A DNA stretch of 64,000 nt from an uncultured Acidobacteriota bacterium (GCA_963843575.1 CAWJKZ010000024.1:192001-256000), one strand, 5' to 3'. Shown: positions 30,463 to 42,577, counted from the first letter of the stretch. Numbers and translations are program-made. The notes: generated from the sequence alone by a model not told the origin.

Positions 30463-30493
30463 ATCTCCTCTCGGTAGAAGAAGTCAATTTAAG

Positions 30494-30521
30494 GAGGGGG
30501 GAGGGATTGCTCCCTCCCCTC
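30494..30521. terminator. Stem-loop between the multicopper oxidase gene and cusB
   Basis: GAGGGGGGAGGGA-TTGC-TCCCTCCCCTC hairpin; weak U-tract. Confidence 0.4.
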
Positions 30522-30542
30522 GGACACTATCGAACACACCGG

Positions 30543-33500
30543 TTACGGCGTGCGAATCGGGAACGGCAGCGCGTTCGTCCAGGCGGACGAGCCGCCGAGG
30601 TTGTTGTTCGCCCGGATCCGGTAGTAGTAGACCGTGTTGCGATTCACGGTCTGAATTAGGCTTCTGGCGGAGCCTGTAGGCGTGAAGGTCGCCAGGCCCG
30701 TCGTGAAGCCGAGGTTGGTGGCACGCTGGATCGTGAAGTTGGTCGGATTGGCAGCGGCCGCCCAGATGAGCGTCGCCGTGTCCTTGTTGCCGTTAGCCCG
30801 GGCAACCGCGACTGTGAAGCTGGTCGGCGCTGCCGGAATCGTCGGGATTGCCACCGGGGATGCCAGCGTCGCGTACGCCGAAGGTCCCGCTGCGTTGACC
30901 GCCTTCACCCGGTAGAGGTAGCTGTTACCGGCCGCGACGTGGTATCGACGTAGGTCACGTCACCGGTGCTGTTCCTCGGCCCCGGTGCGGCGATCTGCGC
31001 GAAGTTGGTGCAAGTCGTCGCCGGCGCTACGAACGAGCAGCGCTCAACCACGAAGCCGGTTTCGTTGGTCGCGTTGTCCCTCCACGTCAGGCTCACCTGC
31101 GGCCCGCTCTGCACCGTCGCCCGTCGGGTTCGTCGGAGCCGCGGGCCCCGTCGCCGCGGTACCGACAAGAACAGTAAGCACGCCGGACACGGAGTCGGCA
31201 GCCATCGTCGGGAAGCCTGCGATGCTGGTGTCGCCGACGGTCTGGCCAATCGCCCGCACGCGGTAGAAGTAAGTCACGTTGTTGACGTTCCCGATCCTGT
31301 CACCATACGCCCTGATGTTCGCTGCGACATTGACAGTCCTCAGGCCCGTGTTGAAGTTGGCATCCGAGGCCCTTTCGATGGCGAACTGGGCGACAGTCAG
31401 TGAGGGGCTGGTCCAGCTCAGGTTGACCGTCTTGTTACCACCGTTGCCGGTGATGGTGAACGCGGTGCTTAGCGTAGGCGCCGTCGGCGGAACCGCAAAC
31501 ACCAGTGAGTGCATGAAGTCCATCTCTTCGTGGGACAGGATGTGGCAGTGCCACACGTACTCCCAGCCGAAGTTGACGGTGTGGTTCAGGATCTCCGGGA
31601 TGGGGATTGCCGTTCGGGTCGAACCATCCGGCCGGCCCCGGCGGTGGAAGCGTGGCTCCGGGGGGCAGCGTCGGATCGATCAACCGCACGCTGTTGGGGA
31701 GCTCGAACGGAATCTCAGTCGGAGTCGGAACGGTCGGCCTCAGCGCAAGGAAGGTGATCTCCAGCGGGTTGATAAAGACGGTGTCCTTCCAACCCACGTT
31801 CTGGGCGTCAACAGCCCGCCCGGCTGGGAACGCTCCCGGCGCGACCTGCCCGTCCTGCCCGACGCGGCTGATGACCTGGGCAGTAAACAGGTGCGTGTGG
31901 ATGGGATGAGTGTCCACGCCGTTGTGGAAGATTCTCCAGATCTGCGTGCCGTCGGCCAGCTGCCCGATCTTCGTGGTTTCGAGCGAGCCCTTGACGACGT
32001 CGGTCGGCGGGGACGAGAACGGGAACGGGAGGATGAATCCCAGAGCCGAATTCGGGTTCGTCATCCCGAGCATGCCGCTCATCCGGCCGAACTGCGTGTC
32101 GTACACGCCGCCCATCTCGTCGTGCATCGCCTTCATCTCGAAGGGGATGGTGACGGCGGGCTGGAGGTTCCAGGCGTTGGTCACGCTGTCGTAGCCGAGC
32201 GGCTGGAAGTTCTTCTGCGTGTCCCCGATGTTGAGGACGTACTGGGACGCACCCGTCGGGAACGGCAGGTTGTCGTAGGCGGAGTTGTAGGCCGCCTGCG
32301 GGATGATGGATGGGATCCTGGCTGACCTCGAAGACGCCGCGCTTTGTTGCTGTCTTGGCAAACACGGCCTGGAGGTTGGCTAGCGTGACGTCCGGGGTCG
32401 GCGTCGTCACCGTCGTTCCCACCTGGATCTGCATGATCGTCCGGGTGTTGGGCCCGTAGCCCGGCAGCGTGTTGGGCGCGCCGCCGCTGTCCATCAGGTT
32501 CCCGTCTCCGGTGTAGTTGTCGTACGGCGCGGCGCCGGCCGGGACAGGCGCCGGGGAGTCGTTGTAGAGGATCAGCGTCTTGCCTGCGTAGGCGCTGAAG
32601 TCAACGATGACATCCGAGCGCTCCGCTGCCATGAGGAACAGCGAGTGCTGGTTGACGATGCCGAAATTGAAGTAGGCCGGGTCAAGGTTGTACCCGATCG
32701 GCTGCTGCGGGATCACGACCGGCGCCGGCGTGAAACCGCCCTCGGTGCCGATCTGGATCCACGAGCGGTCCTGCCGTTGTCGGATCGGGAACGCCGCTCG
32801 GCGTGTCGGCGTACTGGTTAGCGGCGGTGCCAAGGGCAAGACTGACCGGGACCATCCGGACCTCGGTGCAGTCCCCCACTGGGACGGCGCCGGTGCAGAG
32901 AGGTGCTGGCGCCGCCGCGGTCGCCGTGGTGTCCGCCTTCTTGTCCGCAGCGACGTAGAGCTGCAGGTTCTGGGCCCGGTCGTTGGATGCGTTCAGGATG
33001 CGGAACCGATAGGCCTTTGGTTCCACCGTCAGGGATGGGTAAGCGGTTCCGTTCACGATGGGCGTGTCCAGAAAGCTCTCGCCCGGGATGGAGGGATTCG
33101 GCACGCCGGGATTAAACGGCGGTTCCCACGGCGCGGTGCACTGGGCCGGGGGGGTTGGGATCGGGATGCAATCCAGCTGCCCTGGACCGCCGCATGGTGC
33201 CGGTGTCCAGCAGTCCTGGTCGAAGTACGGGTTCGGCACGGGGCCGACATCAATGCATCCCACCGGGCCGCCGTTGACGCACGTCGGGGTGGGGGGGTTG
33301 AACCACGGCCCGTAGAACCAGCGGCCGAAGGGGTTCGTTCCGGTCGGATCCCACGGATTCGTGACCGTCATGTAGACGTGTGGGTACCAGAAATCGCCCG
33401 TGACGGCTGTCCCCGGCGCCGCCCCTGATCCCCAAGCCCACGTCGGGTCCTGGGCGTAAACCGTTTCGGCGTCCACGAACGTCTTGTCCTGGATGACCAG

Positions 33501-35048
33501 CGGGATGCCGATGTCAGGGAGAACCTTGAGCCCGTTGGGGTTCACGCCCGAAACGTTGCTGCCGGAGATCATGTCGGTCTCGACGGCATCCGTGATCACG
33601 TATCCCGCCGCCTCGCCGGCATACACGTTGAGGCGCGTGATGCCGTGGGCGTGATCGTGGTAGAACTGCAGGCGGGCGCTCTGGGCGTTGGTGTAGAAGA
33701 ACGTCATGCACCCGCTGCTCTTCTTGGCAGCACTGTCGCCGGGAAGCCCCGGGGCCAGAGGATTGGCGTCGCAACCTGTGCCCATGTCCGGCACGTTGCG
33801 CGCGCTGACGCCCGCCGGGTACGGTGTGACTTCACTCGCCGGCGTGATCCACTGGTGGGTGTTGCCGTCGCTGATCCACACGGTGTTGTTGCCGTGGAGG
33901 TGGATGGTCGCCCGGTTCTGCGTGTACTTGTCGTTTGCCACGCCCGGCAGCGCGGGTCCGATCCCGGAACCCGGAACCGTCTCGTCCACCGGCAGCAGGA
34001 GGTTTCCGCCGCTGGCACTGTTAGGAAGCAGGTTGTAGAACGTGATGCGAACCGGCTTCGCGGCACCCGCCGCGCCTAACCCAGCTACCTTGCCCAGGGC
34101 CACTATGGTCGGCCCAAGGTAATGGGGATTATCGATGGCAAACTTCCCACTGCCGACGTCAATGTGCTTGCTGACAAGGGGCGGATTCATGGCCGCCATT
34201 GCAGCCAGTAACCCAGGTGTCTCCAGTTGTACGTAACCGCGGAGCTTCGTCGCCGGCAGGTCCGAGTGCATCTTTTCCTCATACAGGACCAGGCCGATCG
34301 AGTAACAGTCCGCCTGCTGAGTGCTATATGTGCACGGCTCGTTAACCCCAACCGGGATGTACTGGCCCTGTATCCCAGGCTTGACCGGATCCTGGTCGAT
34401 GTTGTTGGCCCCGGCAGGTCCAAGCCCAGGAAGAGTGTCAACGAACTTGCGAATCCCGCCACCGGTAGGCGTGCCGATGATCGCGTCGCCGACGAAACCG
34501 GTGCCGTCTAGGTCAGTGATGTTAACGACTGGAGCCATGTACCCGGCGCCGAAACCGTTAATCGTGAAACCGGTAATGACCCCGCCCGTTACCTGGGCCG
34601 ACACGTCTGCCGCGGTGTAGCACGCCGGGGCAGCGGTGGGGCACTGCGGTAGATAAGCATCGTCGACAGTGACGGTAGGCGCGGTGTACCCCGTGCCTCC
34701 GTCCACGACCGTGATGGTCCCGACGGGACCCTTCGGGAGCGGACTGAACGCCCAGTTGCCGTAGGGTCCGAAATAATGCGGCACCCCGCCTGGAGCGGGG
34801 ACCTGCGCCGCCATCGGGTTTATGGCTGTCAGGGCGGCGATCCCAGGCTTCAGACCGCGCTTGGCGGCGTCCTTTGCCGCCTTCTTCTGCACGGACGGCG
34901 GGATTCTCTTGAATTTCTCCTTGTAGACTTGGTCACGTGTGACCTTGTCCTTCTTGGGCTTTTGTGCGTAGTTGACGCCGGTCGCCAGCGAAACGGCAAC
35001 CGCCATCATTATCAGCCGCACAAAAATCATGTATCTGCGACTAGTCAT
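30543..35048 (-). CDS. Very large secreted multicopper oxidase with C-terminal fibronectin type III-like repeats, frameshifted
   Basis: RBS AGGAGA, signal peptide. Four Cu motifs: IHLHG, FYHDHA, HPIHTH, WHCHILSHEEMDFM. FN3-like LSWT..FAIERA, LTWRDNATNETGFVVER, YYYRIRA. Confidence 0.85.
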
Positions 35049-35442
35049 ACAGTGTCTCCTCAATTTGTCAACCTCGATGCAACTTCCACATTCACGCATA
35101 TGCAGCTGCATGCTTTATTCCCTTGTCCCAAAATCGCTTCCGGGAATCTGCACCCTGGAGGGGGCCAGGTAATCGTCTGGGCCGGAATGACCGGCGGCAA
35201 GCTTTGAACTCGCCCTAGGGGAGCCTGGAGGGGCTTTCATCACCATGCGATTCTCCATGAGTGGGTGTTTTATTACGGAGAGGTCAAGACAAACAATTCG
35301 TGGAGTTACCCATTCTTGAATGGGTATAACTACTCAGTGGGCCTTGAGTGGGGATCTTTGAGATTCTTAGGGTCCTTTGAGACTTTGAGGTAAAGCTAAA
35401 ATTCGCCTCGAAGACTCTAACTAACGGCCCGTCCCTCGCGCT

Positions 35443-35611
35443 CAAGTGGGTCCGGGCTTCAGCCCGGACGCAGTTTGCGGTCGCTATGCAGGGCAGGTGG
35501 AGCTGTATGGAACGGATTTAAAGACGTCCGGGCTGAAGCCCGGACCCACTTGGTTTACGGGCAGGGCGGACGGTTAACCGTTGGACGGCCTCTGAAGCCC
35601 GGACCCACTTG
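35443..35611. repeat. Composite REP-like element, family B (forward copy, reverse copy, partial reverse copy)
   Basis: Copies at 35443-35470, 35525-35552 (rc) and 35592-35611 (partial rc); same layout as 44479-44645. Confidence 0.85.
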
Positions 35612-35633
35612 GTTTTTCTAATGCGGGATTTTG

Positions 35634-37211
35634 TCAGTGGCGGGGGGTGGCGATGCCGACCGTCAGGCTGCCGTCCGCGTCGACGTCGCCGACCACGAGG
35701 TACACGTTCGCGCCGGGCGCGATCGTGACGGTGTTGGTCAGGGTCCCCATGGCGTTGTCGAGGTTGAGCGCCAGGCTCGAGTTCAGCACGACCGCGTTGA
35801 CGCGCGCGGACCGTCCCTTGGCCGTGGCGACCTCGGATTCGAGCGACGGGGCGAATTCGAACGGGGTGCCGGCCAGGCTGCCGTCGCCAAAGCCTTTCAG
35901 GACGACGCCCCGGTTGGTGAAGTCCATGCCCAGAAGCTGCAGCCTCCCGGTCCCGGTCGGGTCGGCGGCCAGCACGTAGTCGCGGTAAACGTCGAGCCAG
36001 CCCGTTTGGTACCTGAACTGGTTGCCCGACTTTCCGTACAGGAGGGTCAACACTCCGGTCCCGACGCCCGACACCGCGACGTCCATGAAACCGTCGCCGT
36101 TGAAATCGGCGGCGGCAATTGAGCGGACGCCCTTGCCGGTTTCGACCTGAAACTGCTCTTCGTAGTTCCCGTCGGCGCCGGCCATGAAGAAGCGCAGCAA
36201 CCCCTGGAACGGGACCTGCACGGCGGCGTCGGGGAGCCCGTCGTTGTTGAAATCCGCGACGGCAATCGATACCGAGAACTCGGTCGGGATCGCTGAAGGG
36301 GAGCACGTCGAAATCGCGCAAGCCCAGCTCGGCCGATTCGAACACACCGTCGCGGGGGTGGCTGACCCGCACCGATTCCAGCGTGCCTCCCTCCCCGACC
36401 CGCAGCATGTAGCTCGGCCGGACCGTCACGGTCCCACCCGGCCCCGTGGCTGCGACCTGGGGAGTGGCCGTTTCCGTGGTGGCAGTCTCCTTTGCGGCGG
36501 TTTCGGTCGCCTCGGTCGTCTTGGTCTCGGTGGTCTTGGTTTCCGTCGTGGTCTCGGTCGCAGGGCGAAGCGTCGCCCAGCGACTCGCGCGCGCGCCGGA
36601 ACGGGTTTTCGTCCTGCTCTTCGGCCGGTTCCGAAATCCCCGTCGATTCCACCCGGCCTTTCGCCGAACATGTGCGAGAAGAAGTTCCCGAACGAACCCC
36701 CGATGCCGGACTGCATCATCCGCAGGATTTCCTTGTCGGAGTAGCCCGACGTGCGCAGGGACGGGGCAGGGGGGCCGAATACGGGGATGTTTCCGTTCAT
36801 GCGCCTGATCGAGAGCTCGCCCTCGGCGTTACCCAAGGCCATGGCGTAGAGGAAGGGGTCTCCCTGCGCCGTCAGCATCGCTCGGCTGACCGCGGCCTCG
36901 AAGGGATCCTCGACCGGGGATTCGGCGACCTCGCCGAAACGCGGATTGCGGACGGGTTTGAGCGCGTCGTAAATCCCGGGCTGCTGGTCGGGCAGGGCCG
37001 CCCGGGGCGCGAGCGCCAAGTCCTCCGCGCCGGCCTGAAGCGGTTGTGGCTCGACCGGGGATACCGTCAAGTGGTAGCAGAAGATGGCGAGTGCCGGGGC
37101 CAGAACGAATGCAGCCAGGATGAGGGCGGAGGGACGCAGACGTGTATTGAGAAACCGAGGAGCAGACGCCAGCTTCGGTCGGAAGCGTGCCGAATTCAAA
37201 ACGAACTCCAA
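35634..37211 (-). CDS. Membrane-anchored FG-GAP/VCBS repeat protein, frameshifted
   Basis: N-terminal TM; VADFNNDGLPD, AADFNGDGFMDV, VGDVDADG repeats; low-complexity T/E/K linker. Confidence 0.65.
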
Positions 37212-37336
37212 TACTTCCCTGACTTGTGCGCCGCCAACGTTCTACGATGATGCAAAAGGCCTAAACCCGATGGCCTAGTTTATATGACTAATCGAGAGCC
37301 CGTGTAAAGCAATTTTTCCAACAATTTACCAACATC

Positions 37337-37819
37337 CTACCGGTTGCGGCTCCCCTCGAGTTCGAGGGCCCGGCGCCAGCTCTCGATGGCGCGGTCGCTG
37401 TCGCCGGCGAGACGGTAGAGCCGCGCCTTGGTGGCCAGGATCTTGGCCCGGTTGGCGTTGAGCTCCGTGTTTTTGAGGGCCTCGTCCAGGAGTGTCTGGC
37501 CGAGGTCGAACCGGCGGATTTCCGCGAACTTGTCGGTGATGATGCTCAGGCTCTGCGCGACAAGGCTCTCGTACTCGGGTGGGAAGCGGAGCTGGATGAT
37601 CTGGCGGGCCTCCGCCATCGCCTTGTCCAGGTCGCCCTTCTTTATGTAGAGCTCGGCCAGGTCGTGGTGGGCCTCGGCGAGGTCGAATTTCTGAGCCAGT
37701 TCCGGGCTGCGTGTCTGCGGCTGCGCCTGGCCGGAACCCACGACAGGGGCGCAGGCGAGCAGCAGGGCGAGAAGCGGGAGCTTCAGCGCCCTTGGGCCCA
37801 ATGCGAGGTCAAGAATCAT
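37337..37819 (-). CDS. Secreted TPR-repeat protein
   Basis: Signal peptide; AHHDLAELYIKKGDLDKAM, KARLYRLAGDSDRAIESWRRAL. Confidence 0.75.
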   Translation of the reverse strand: MILDLALGPRALKLPLLALLLACAPVVGSGQAQPQTRSPELAQKFDLAEAHHDLAELYIKKGDLDKAMAEARQIIQLRFPPEYESLVAQSLSIITDKFAEIRRFDLGQTLLDEALKNTELNANRAKILATKARLYRLAGDSDRAIESWRRALELEGSRNR

Positions 37820-37852
37820 ACGGACTGCTCCCTGGCGGGGATGCGCTCCCCG

Positions 37853-38368
37853 CTACCGGTCGGCGAATGGATTTCCCTTGCCCTGAATCAGGGTAGATTG
37901 ATATCTCGTAAAAGGATTGCTGTAATCCTGTCCCAGGCTGCGGAACGGGTTCCCCGCTTCCTTGAGGCGGGCCTGCTCGACCGCGCCGTACTGCGCGATG
38001 GCGGTCAGCTCACTCTGCCGGGCCGCGTCCCTGTACTGGCGGACTCCCACGGTCAAGGCGAGGAGCATGAACAGCGACAGGCTGACGCCGACGGCGAACT
38101 GCCGCGGCCTGGACAACACTCCGAACCAGCCGGGGGCCGGCCGCGGCTCCTCGAGCCTCGCCCGGATCCGGAACCACTGCGCGGCGGGCACGTCGATCTC
38201 GAGCCCCGTCGAGCGGAACAGGAGGTCGACCGACCGCCACCGGGCGAGTTCGTCCCGGCAGCCCGCGCACGTCTCCAGGTGCCCGCGGATCTCCTCGAAG
38301 CGCGCGTCGGCGCGGTCGCCGTCGAGGTAAGGGCCGAAATCTGCGGGATGGTCTGTTCTCGCGTTCAT
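37853..38368 (-). CDS. Zinc-binding (zf-HC2/ZAS) transmembrane anti-sigma factor
   Basis: YLDG...HLETCAGC (HxxxCxxC) plus TM; overlaps the sigma stop by 4 bp. Confidence 0.85.
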   Translation of the reverse strand: MNARTDHPADFGPYLDGDRADARFEEIRGHLETCAGCRDELARWRSVDLLFRSTGLEIDVPAAQWFRIRARLEEPRPAPGWFGVLSRPRQFAVGVSLSLFMLLALTVGVRQYRDAARQSELTAIAQYGAVEQARLKEAGNPFRSLGQDYSNPFTRYQSTLIQGKGNPFADR

Positions 38369-39054
38369 CTTCGGATTTCCAGGTATTGCCCCAGGGACTT
38401 GCGCGCGAAAGAACGGGCACGGAATATGTCCGTCTTGACCGACAGGAGCGAACGTCCCACGATGTCGGAAATCTCGGCGTAACTCTTTTCGTGAATCACG
38501 GCCAGCACGAATACCTCGCGAAGCTTCGGCGGGAGCGAACCGAGCACCACCCTGATCCGCGCCCCCAGTTCCTCCTGAAGAACCACATCCTGCGGGGTCG
38601 GCCGGCCGTCGGCCGGTTCGAACTCCGCCTGCTCCCTGCCGTCGCCCCCCACCGCTGGCGGCTGCCGGGGAGGCTCGCTCCGCTTTTTGCGGAACGTCTG
38701 ATAAACCTCGTTTCTGGCGATGCGGTAGAGCCAGGATTCGAACCGCCCGGGATCCTGCAGCCTCGGGAGTTCGTGAAAGGCCCTCAGGAAAACGTTCTGC
38801 GCCAGATCTTCCGCGTCTTCCCGGCTATCTACCATCCGGTAGATGAAATTCAATATGCGCCGGCCGTACTCCTGGTGGACCTGCCGGAAGGCTTCCACCT
38901 CGCCGGCCTTGGCTCTCTGGATGAGTTCAGCCTGTTCGCTCTTCAAAAATCGTATCTCGAGGGTGAAAGGCTTTCCGTCGCAGAGCCGACTGCCAAGATG
39001 ATCCGAGACGGAAAAAGTTGCAAAAAAAAGCTTGACTCGCCGCGGATTATGCAA
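38365..39054 (-). CDS. ECF RNA polymerase sigma factor (true start probably downstream of 39054)
   Basis: DAEDLAQNVFLRAF, FESWLYRIARN, LPPKLREVFVL, SYAEISDIVG..VKTDIFRAR. Confidence 0.9.
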   Translation of the reverse strand: MHNPRRVKLFFATFSVSDHLGSRLCDGKPFTLEIRFLKSEQAELIQRAKAGEVEAFRQVHQEYGRRILNFIYRMVDSREDAEDLAQNVFLRAFHELPRLQDPGRFESWLYRIARNEVYQTFRKKRSEPPRQPPAVGGDGREQAEFEPADGRPTPQDVVLQEELGARIRVVLGSLPPKLREVFVLAVIHEKSYAEISDIVGRSLLSVKTDIFRARSFARKSLGQYLEIRR

Positions 39055-39141
39055 CCTTGCGGCCCCGCATGCCGTCCTGTATAGTCACATGGCTGCAGAC
39101 GCCGCCAGGGTCTTTCGCGCACCCTTCAAGGAGTCGTTTTC

Positions 39142-40348
39142 ATGTCTCTCCCCAACCAGGACCGCCGTTCCCGCACCGGGCGGGCAGTCTGCCTGCTGGT
39201 TCGCAACCTTATAATGGCCACGTCTGTTTTCGTCCTCTGGGCCGCCCCCATTATCGGCATGGACCAGGACGCTGTCCAGAGCACGGCACAGCCGGCCGAC
39301 CCGGAGGCGCAGGTGCGGGCACGGATCACGGCCTACTGGGAAGCCATGCAGCGGGAGGACTACCGGGCGGCCGCGCAGTTCGTCCACCCGGCCTCCCGCG
39401 ACCTTTTCGAACACAGGGTCCCCAAGTCCCGGATCGACCGGTGGAGCATCCAGAAGCTCCAGTTCAACGACGAGCGCACCGTGTGCGACGCTACCATCCT
39501 CGTTTCGAAACCCGTAGCCATTTTCGAATCCAACGTCGTCGACTGGCCCTTGAAAAACCAGTGGGTGCTGTTCGAGGGGGACTGGTACTTCAAGATCCCC
39601 TGGGACAGCAAGACGAACCCGGCGCTCGAGTTGTTCCGCGCCCAGCAGGACACGGCCGCGAAAACGACCGAGATCCGCGAAGCCAGGCCGAGCACCGCCG
39701 CGCCGTCGGCCGAAGCGATCGAGCGGCTCGCCGCCACCCGGTTTTTCACGCCCGGACCCGGCCAACCCCTCGGTCGTCCACAACGGGCAGAAAAGCGTGT
39801 TCCGCTATCACTACACCAACGCCAAGGCCACGGCGACGCGCATCGTCTCGGTCCACTCCGACTGCCACTGCACCAGTGTCAAGCAGGAGTACCCGGAGAT
39901 CGCTCCGGGCGCGGAGGGGACAGTGGAGGTGACGCTGGACACCTTCGGGCTGCCGCTGGGATCTGTCCAGAAGGAAGTGTATGTCACGTTCGCCGACCAG
40001 GCGGATCCCCAGGTGATCCGGATCTCGGTCAAGAACCAGCCCAATTTCGCCGTCAGCCCCGCCCGGGTCAACTTCGGGCTGGTGGCGCGCGGCAAACCAG
40101 CCGAGGCGTCGCTCCGGATCGTCAACCAGAGCGGCCAGCCCGTGAAGCTGCTGTCGCACCTCAAATCCGACCCGAAGCTCCAGGTCGTCGTGGACAAGCC
40201 CGCCCTCGAACCGGGCGAGACGGCGACCGTGACGCTCCGCTACGACGCCTCCTCCGCCGGCGAGTTCCTTGACAGCCTCATGCTTCAGACGGACCTCGCG
40301 GCGGAACCCCTGATCACGGTGGCCGTCCGCGGCGAAGTCGCCCGCTGA
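39142..40348 (+). CDS. Secreted DUF1573/Ig-like domain protein, frameshift near 39760
   Basis: NTF2-like N-terminal part; 'IVSVHSDCHCTSV...IAPGAEGTVEVT' DUF1573-like motif; second Ig-like repeat (PARVNFG...LEPGETATVTL). Confidence 0.65.
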
Positions 40349-40363
40349 GGCTCGGAGAGAAGA

Positions 40364-40453
40364 ACGCGGATTTCAGGGATCTAACGGATTCACGCGGCCT
40401 GCCACCCATGCCTTTATCTTCGTTCCGCGTGGATCCGCGGCCATCCGCGTCCG
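40364..40453. repeat. Degenerate ACG(C)GGAT / ATCCGCG inverted multi-repeat (family C)
   Basis: ACGCGGAT, ACGGAT, ACGCGG followed by TCCGCGT, ATCCGCGG, ATCCGCGT; a similar half-element (ATCCGTG-ATCCGCG-ATCCGCGT) lies at 10364-10392. Confidence 0.5.
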
Positions 40454-40581
40454 CAAAAGCAGGTTCTTTTTTTAATCAAATAGCTTTTTCCCCGCAACTT
40501 TTTGCCGATTTGTGCATCTGTGACCGTGTTGTTTGAGGTTCCCGTACGTGGGGACCCCCAGGACGACGTCCCTGAAATCAG

Positions 40582-40610
40582 TTGACATTCCCCGCGCTGG
40601 CTGTTAGGGT
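40582..40610 (+). promoter_or_regulatory. Sigma70-type promoter for the S-layer-like gene
   Basis: TTGACA-17 bp-TAGGGT with extended TG. Confidence 0.55.
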
Positions 40611-40800
40611 TGCGCCGCCAGTATGGGTAAGTCGTACGTTGTAGCATGTCCCTTCGAGAAGGGGTGTGCCGGCTTGTTTGCCGTTCGCCCTACAACGCGC
40701 CTTAGCTCGAAATTACTTGGACCTCTAGATGAACCTATCGGACGCACGAAAGTCTGGTAGTCGTTACCCAATGCTCACCATTTACTTACGGAGAAAGCGT

Positions 40801-42516
40801 ATGACTTTGTTGAAAGCTAGCAGAATGCCCTTGCTGGCGGGATTGCTATGTCTCCTGCTGCTGGGCTTCGCTGGAGCTTCCTACGGCGCGGTTCGCTTCG
40901 ACGTTGTATCGTCGCCGACTGAAGTGATCAATACCGGCCGCTCGGAAGTCACGGGTTCCGTGAACCTGATCGTTCGCGGGGCTGGCAACGTGACGGGCAC
41001 CTCCCTGGGCGGCAACACCCAGATCGGGTTTATTTACACGAACCCGGCCATGCAGATCGACAACACGACGACGTCCGGGATCAAGCTGGTCTACAGCGCC
41101 GGATTTACGTCCGCCAGCCCGCACTTCGCGCCTGTCGCGGTTGAGAACTTCGACTTGAACGGCCGCTGCTCGGGCCGTATCACGATCGTTCTTGCCGCCG
41201 GTGCGCAGCCGGTCGAAGGCGACTTCATCCGTGTCGAGGGTGTGCGTGGCAGAATCGATGCCAGCCTTGCCGTGACCCCGGGGACCGACCTCTACGTTGA
41301 CCTGCAGTCGATCAACGACCCGACCTCGGCCAACTTCACCCCGGACCGCGTCCGCGTGGCGAAGTCCCTGGACGGCATGAACGTGGCGATCTCGCCCGAT
41401 ACCCTGTTGCTCTGCTTCCCGACCACCGGCAGACCGCCGTCAGGCACCGAGAAGCCCAGCTACTACATCAGGATCACCGAGGGCTTCGCCCGCGCGTTCG
41501 TGGATCAGGATGCCAACAACGACGGCTCCTTGGCCACCGACCGCGTCGACTCCGGCAACGGCCTGATCGGCGTTACCACCGCTCCGGGCGCCCTGGGTGC
41601 ACCGAACAACTCGACCCAGTTCCTCGTCTGGTTGGAATCCATCCCGACCAGCGTGGACGACATCGAGTGGCAGGCTTCCGTAGGAACCGACTCCTCGACC
41701 GGCGCCAGCCTCGTTCTGGTTGAGGACAGCGCCACCTTCTCCTCGACTCTCGGTGTGGCCACCGCCCTCTATTCTTATGAGAGCGTCAACCAGACCGACG
41801 TCAGCGATATCGCGGTTGAGGTCTTTACGCTCATGCCGACGATCATCCTGAAGAGCACCACGGCGACCACGACCGGAACGATTATGGCCGGCGTGAGCCT
41901 GGCTCCTGCGGTCGATGCACTCTCCGGCTGCCCGGTCCCGACCGGTTCGTCCACGATCGGCCGTCCTCGCTTCCTGAGAATGTTCGAGTCCGACGCGGTT
42001 GCCACCAACAACCCGCCGGATGACCCGCTGAAGCCCTATGCTCAGGTCATTCGCTGCAACTGCTACATGCTGTTCACCTATGTCACTGCGACCGCCGACT
42101 TCAACACCGGCATCGCGGTGGCCAACACCACTGGTGACACGGCTCCGTTCGGCGTGAACGAGGCTCCGGATCAGCTTGGTAAGATCACCTTCTACTTCTA
42201 CGATCGTACCGCCGGCTACGTGGGGACGACCGAGACCGCCGCTGATATTCAGACCGGCCGTAGCTATGTTGATCTGGTTTCCAACATCCTGCCGACTGGT
42301 GTGACCAGCTTCTCCGGTTACATCATCGCCAAGGCGGACTTCCAGTTCTGCCACGCCTTCGCCTTCATCGCGGACACCGGGTTCGCTTCGATCGCGCACG
42401 GCTACGTGGCGAACATCATTCCTGACCCGGCGATCAAGAACATCAACGATCGCAGGGCTCCCGCCGCGGCTGCGGACGTGTTCAACATTCCTGCGGGTGA
42501 AAGCCTGAACAACTAG
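40801..42516 (+). CDS. Abundant secreted surface protein, probable S-layer protein
   Basis: RBS GGAGA, signal peptide, T/S/G/A/V-rich; many T-ending codons (GGT, GCT, GTT) unlike its neighbours; C-terminal 'CYMLFTYVT...FNTGIAVANT...FSGYIIAKADFQFCHAFAFI'; own promoter and terminator. Confidence 0.6.
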   Translation: MTLLKASRMPLLAGLLCLLLLGFAGASYGAVRFDVVSSPTEVINTGRSEVTGSVNLIVRGAGNVTGTSLGGNTQIGFIYTNPAMQIDNTTTSGIKLVYSAGFTSASPHFAPVAVENFDLNGRCSGRITIVLAAGAQPVEGDFIRVEGVRGRIDASLAVTPGTDLYVDLQSINDPTSANFTPDRVRVAKSLDGMNVAISPDTLLLCFPTTGRPPSGTEKPSYYIRITEGFARAFVDQDANNDGSLATDRVDSGNGLIGVTTAPGALGAPNNSTQFLVWLESIPTSVDDIEWQASVGTDSSTGASLVLVEDSATFSSTLGVATALYSYESVNQTDVSDIAVEVFTLMPTIILKSTTATTTGTIMAGVSLAPAVDALSGCPVPTGSSTIGRPRFLRMFESDAVATNNPPDDPLKPYAQVIRCNCYMLFTYVTATADFNTGIAVANTTGDTAPFGVNEAPDQLGKITFYFYDRTAGYVGTTETAADIQTGRSYVDLVSNILPTGVTSFSGYIIAKADFQFCHAFAFIADTGFASIAHGYVANIIPDPAIKNINDRRAPAAAADVFNIPAGESLNN

Positions 42517-42540
42517 GCTTATCCCACACGGGATCAATAA

Positions 42541-42577
42541 AGGGGGTAGCTCCCTCACCGGGGGCTACCCCCTTTTT
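42541..42577 (+). terminator. Rho-independent terminator
   Basis: AGGGGGTAGCTCCC-loop-GGGGGCTACCCCCT followed by TTTT. Confidence 0.85.
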
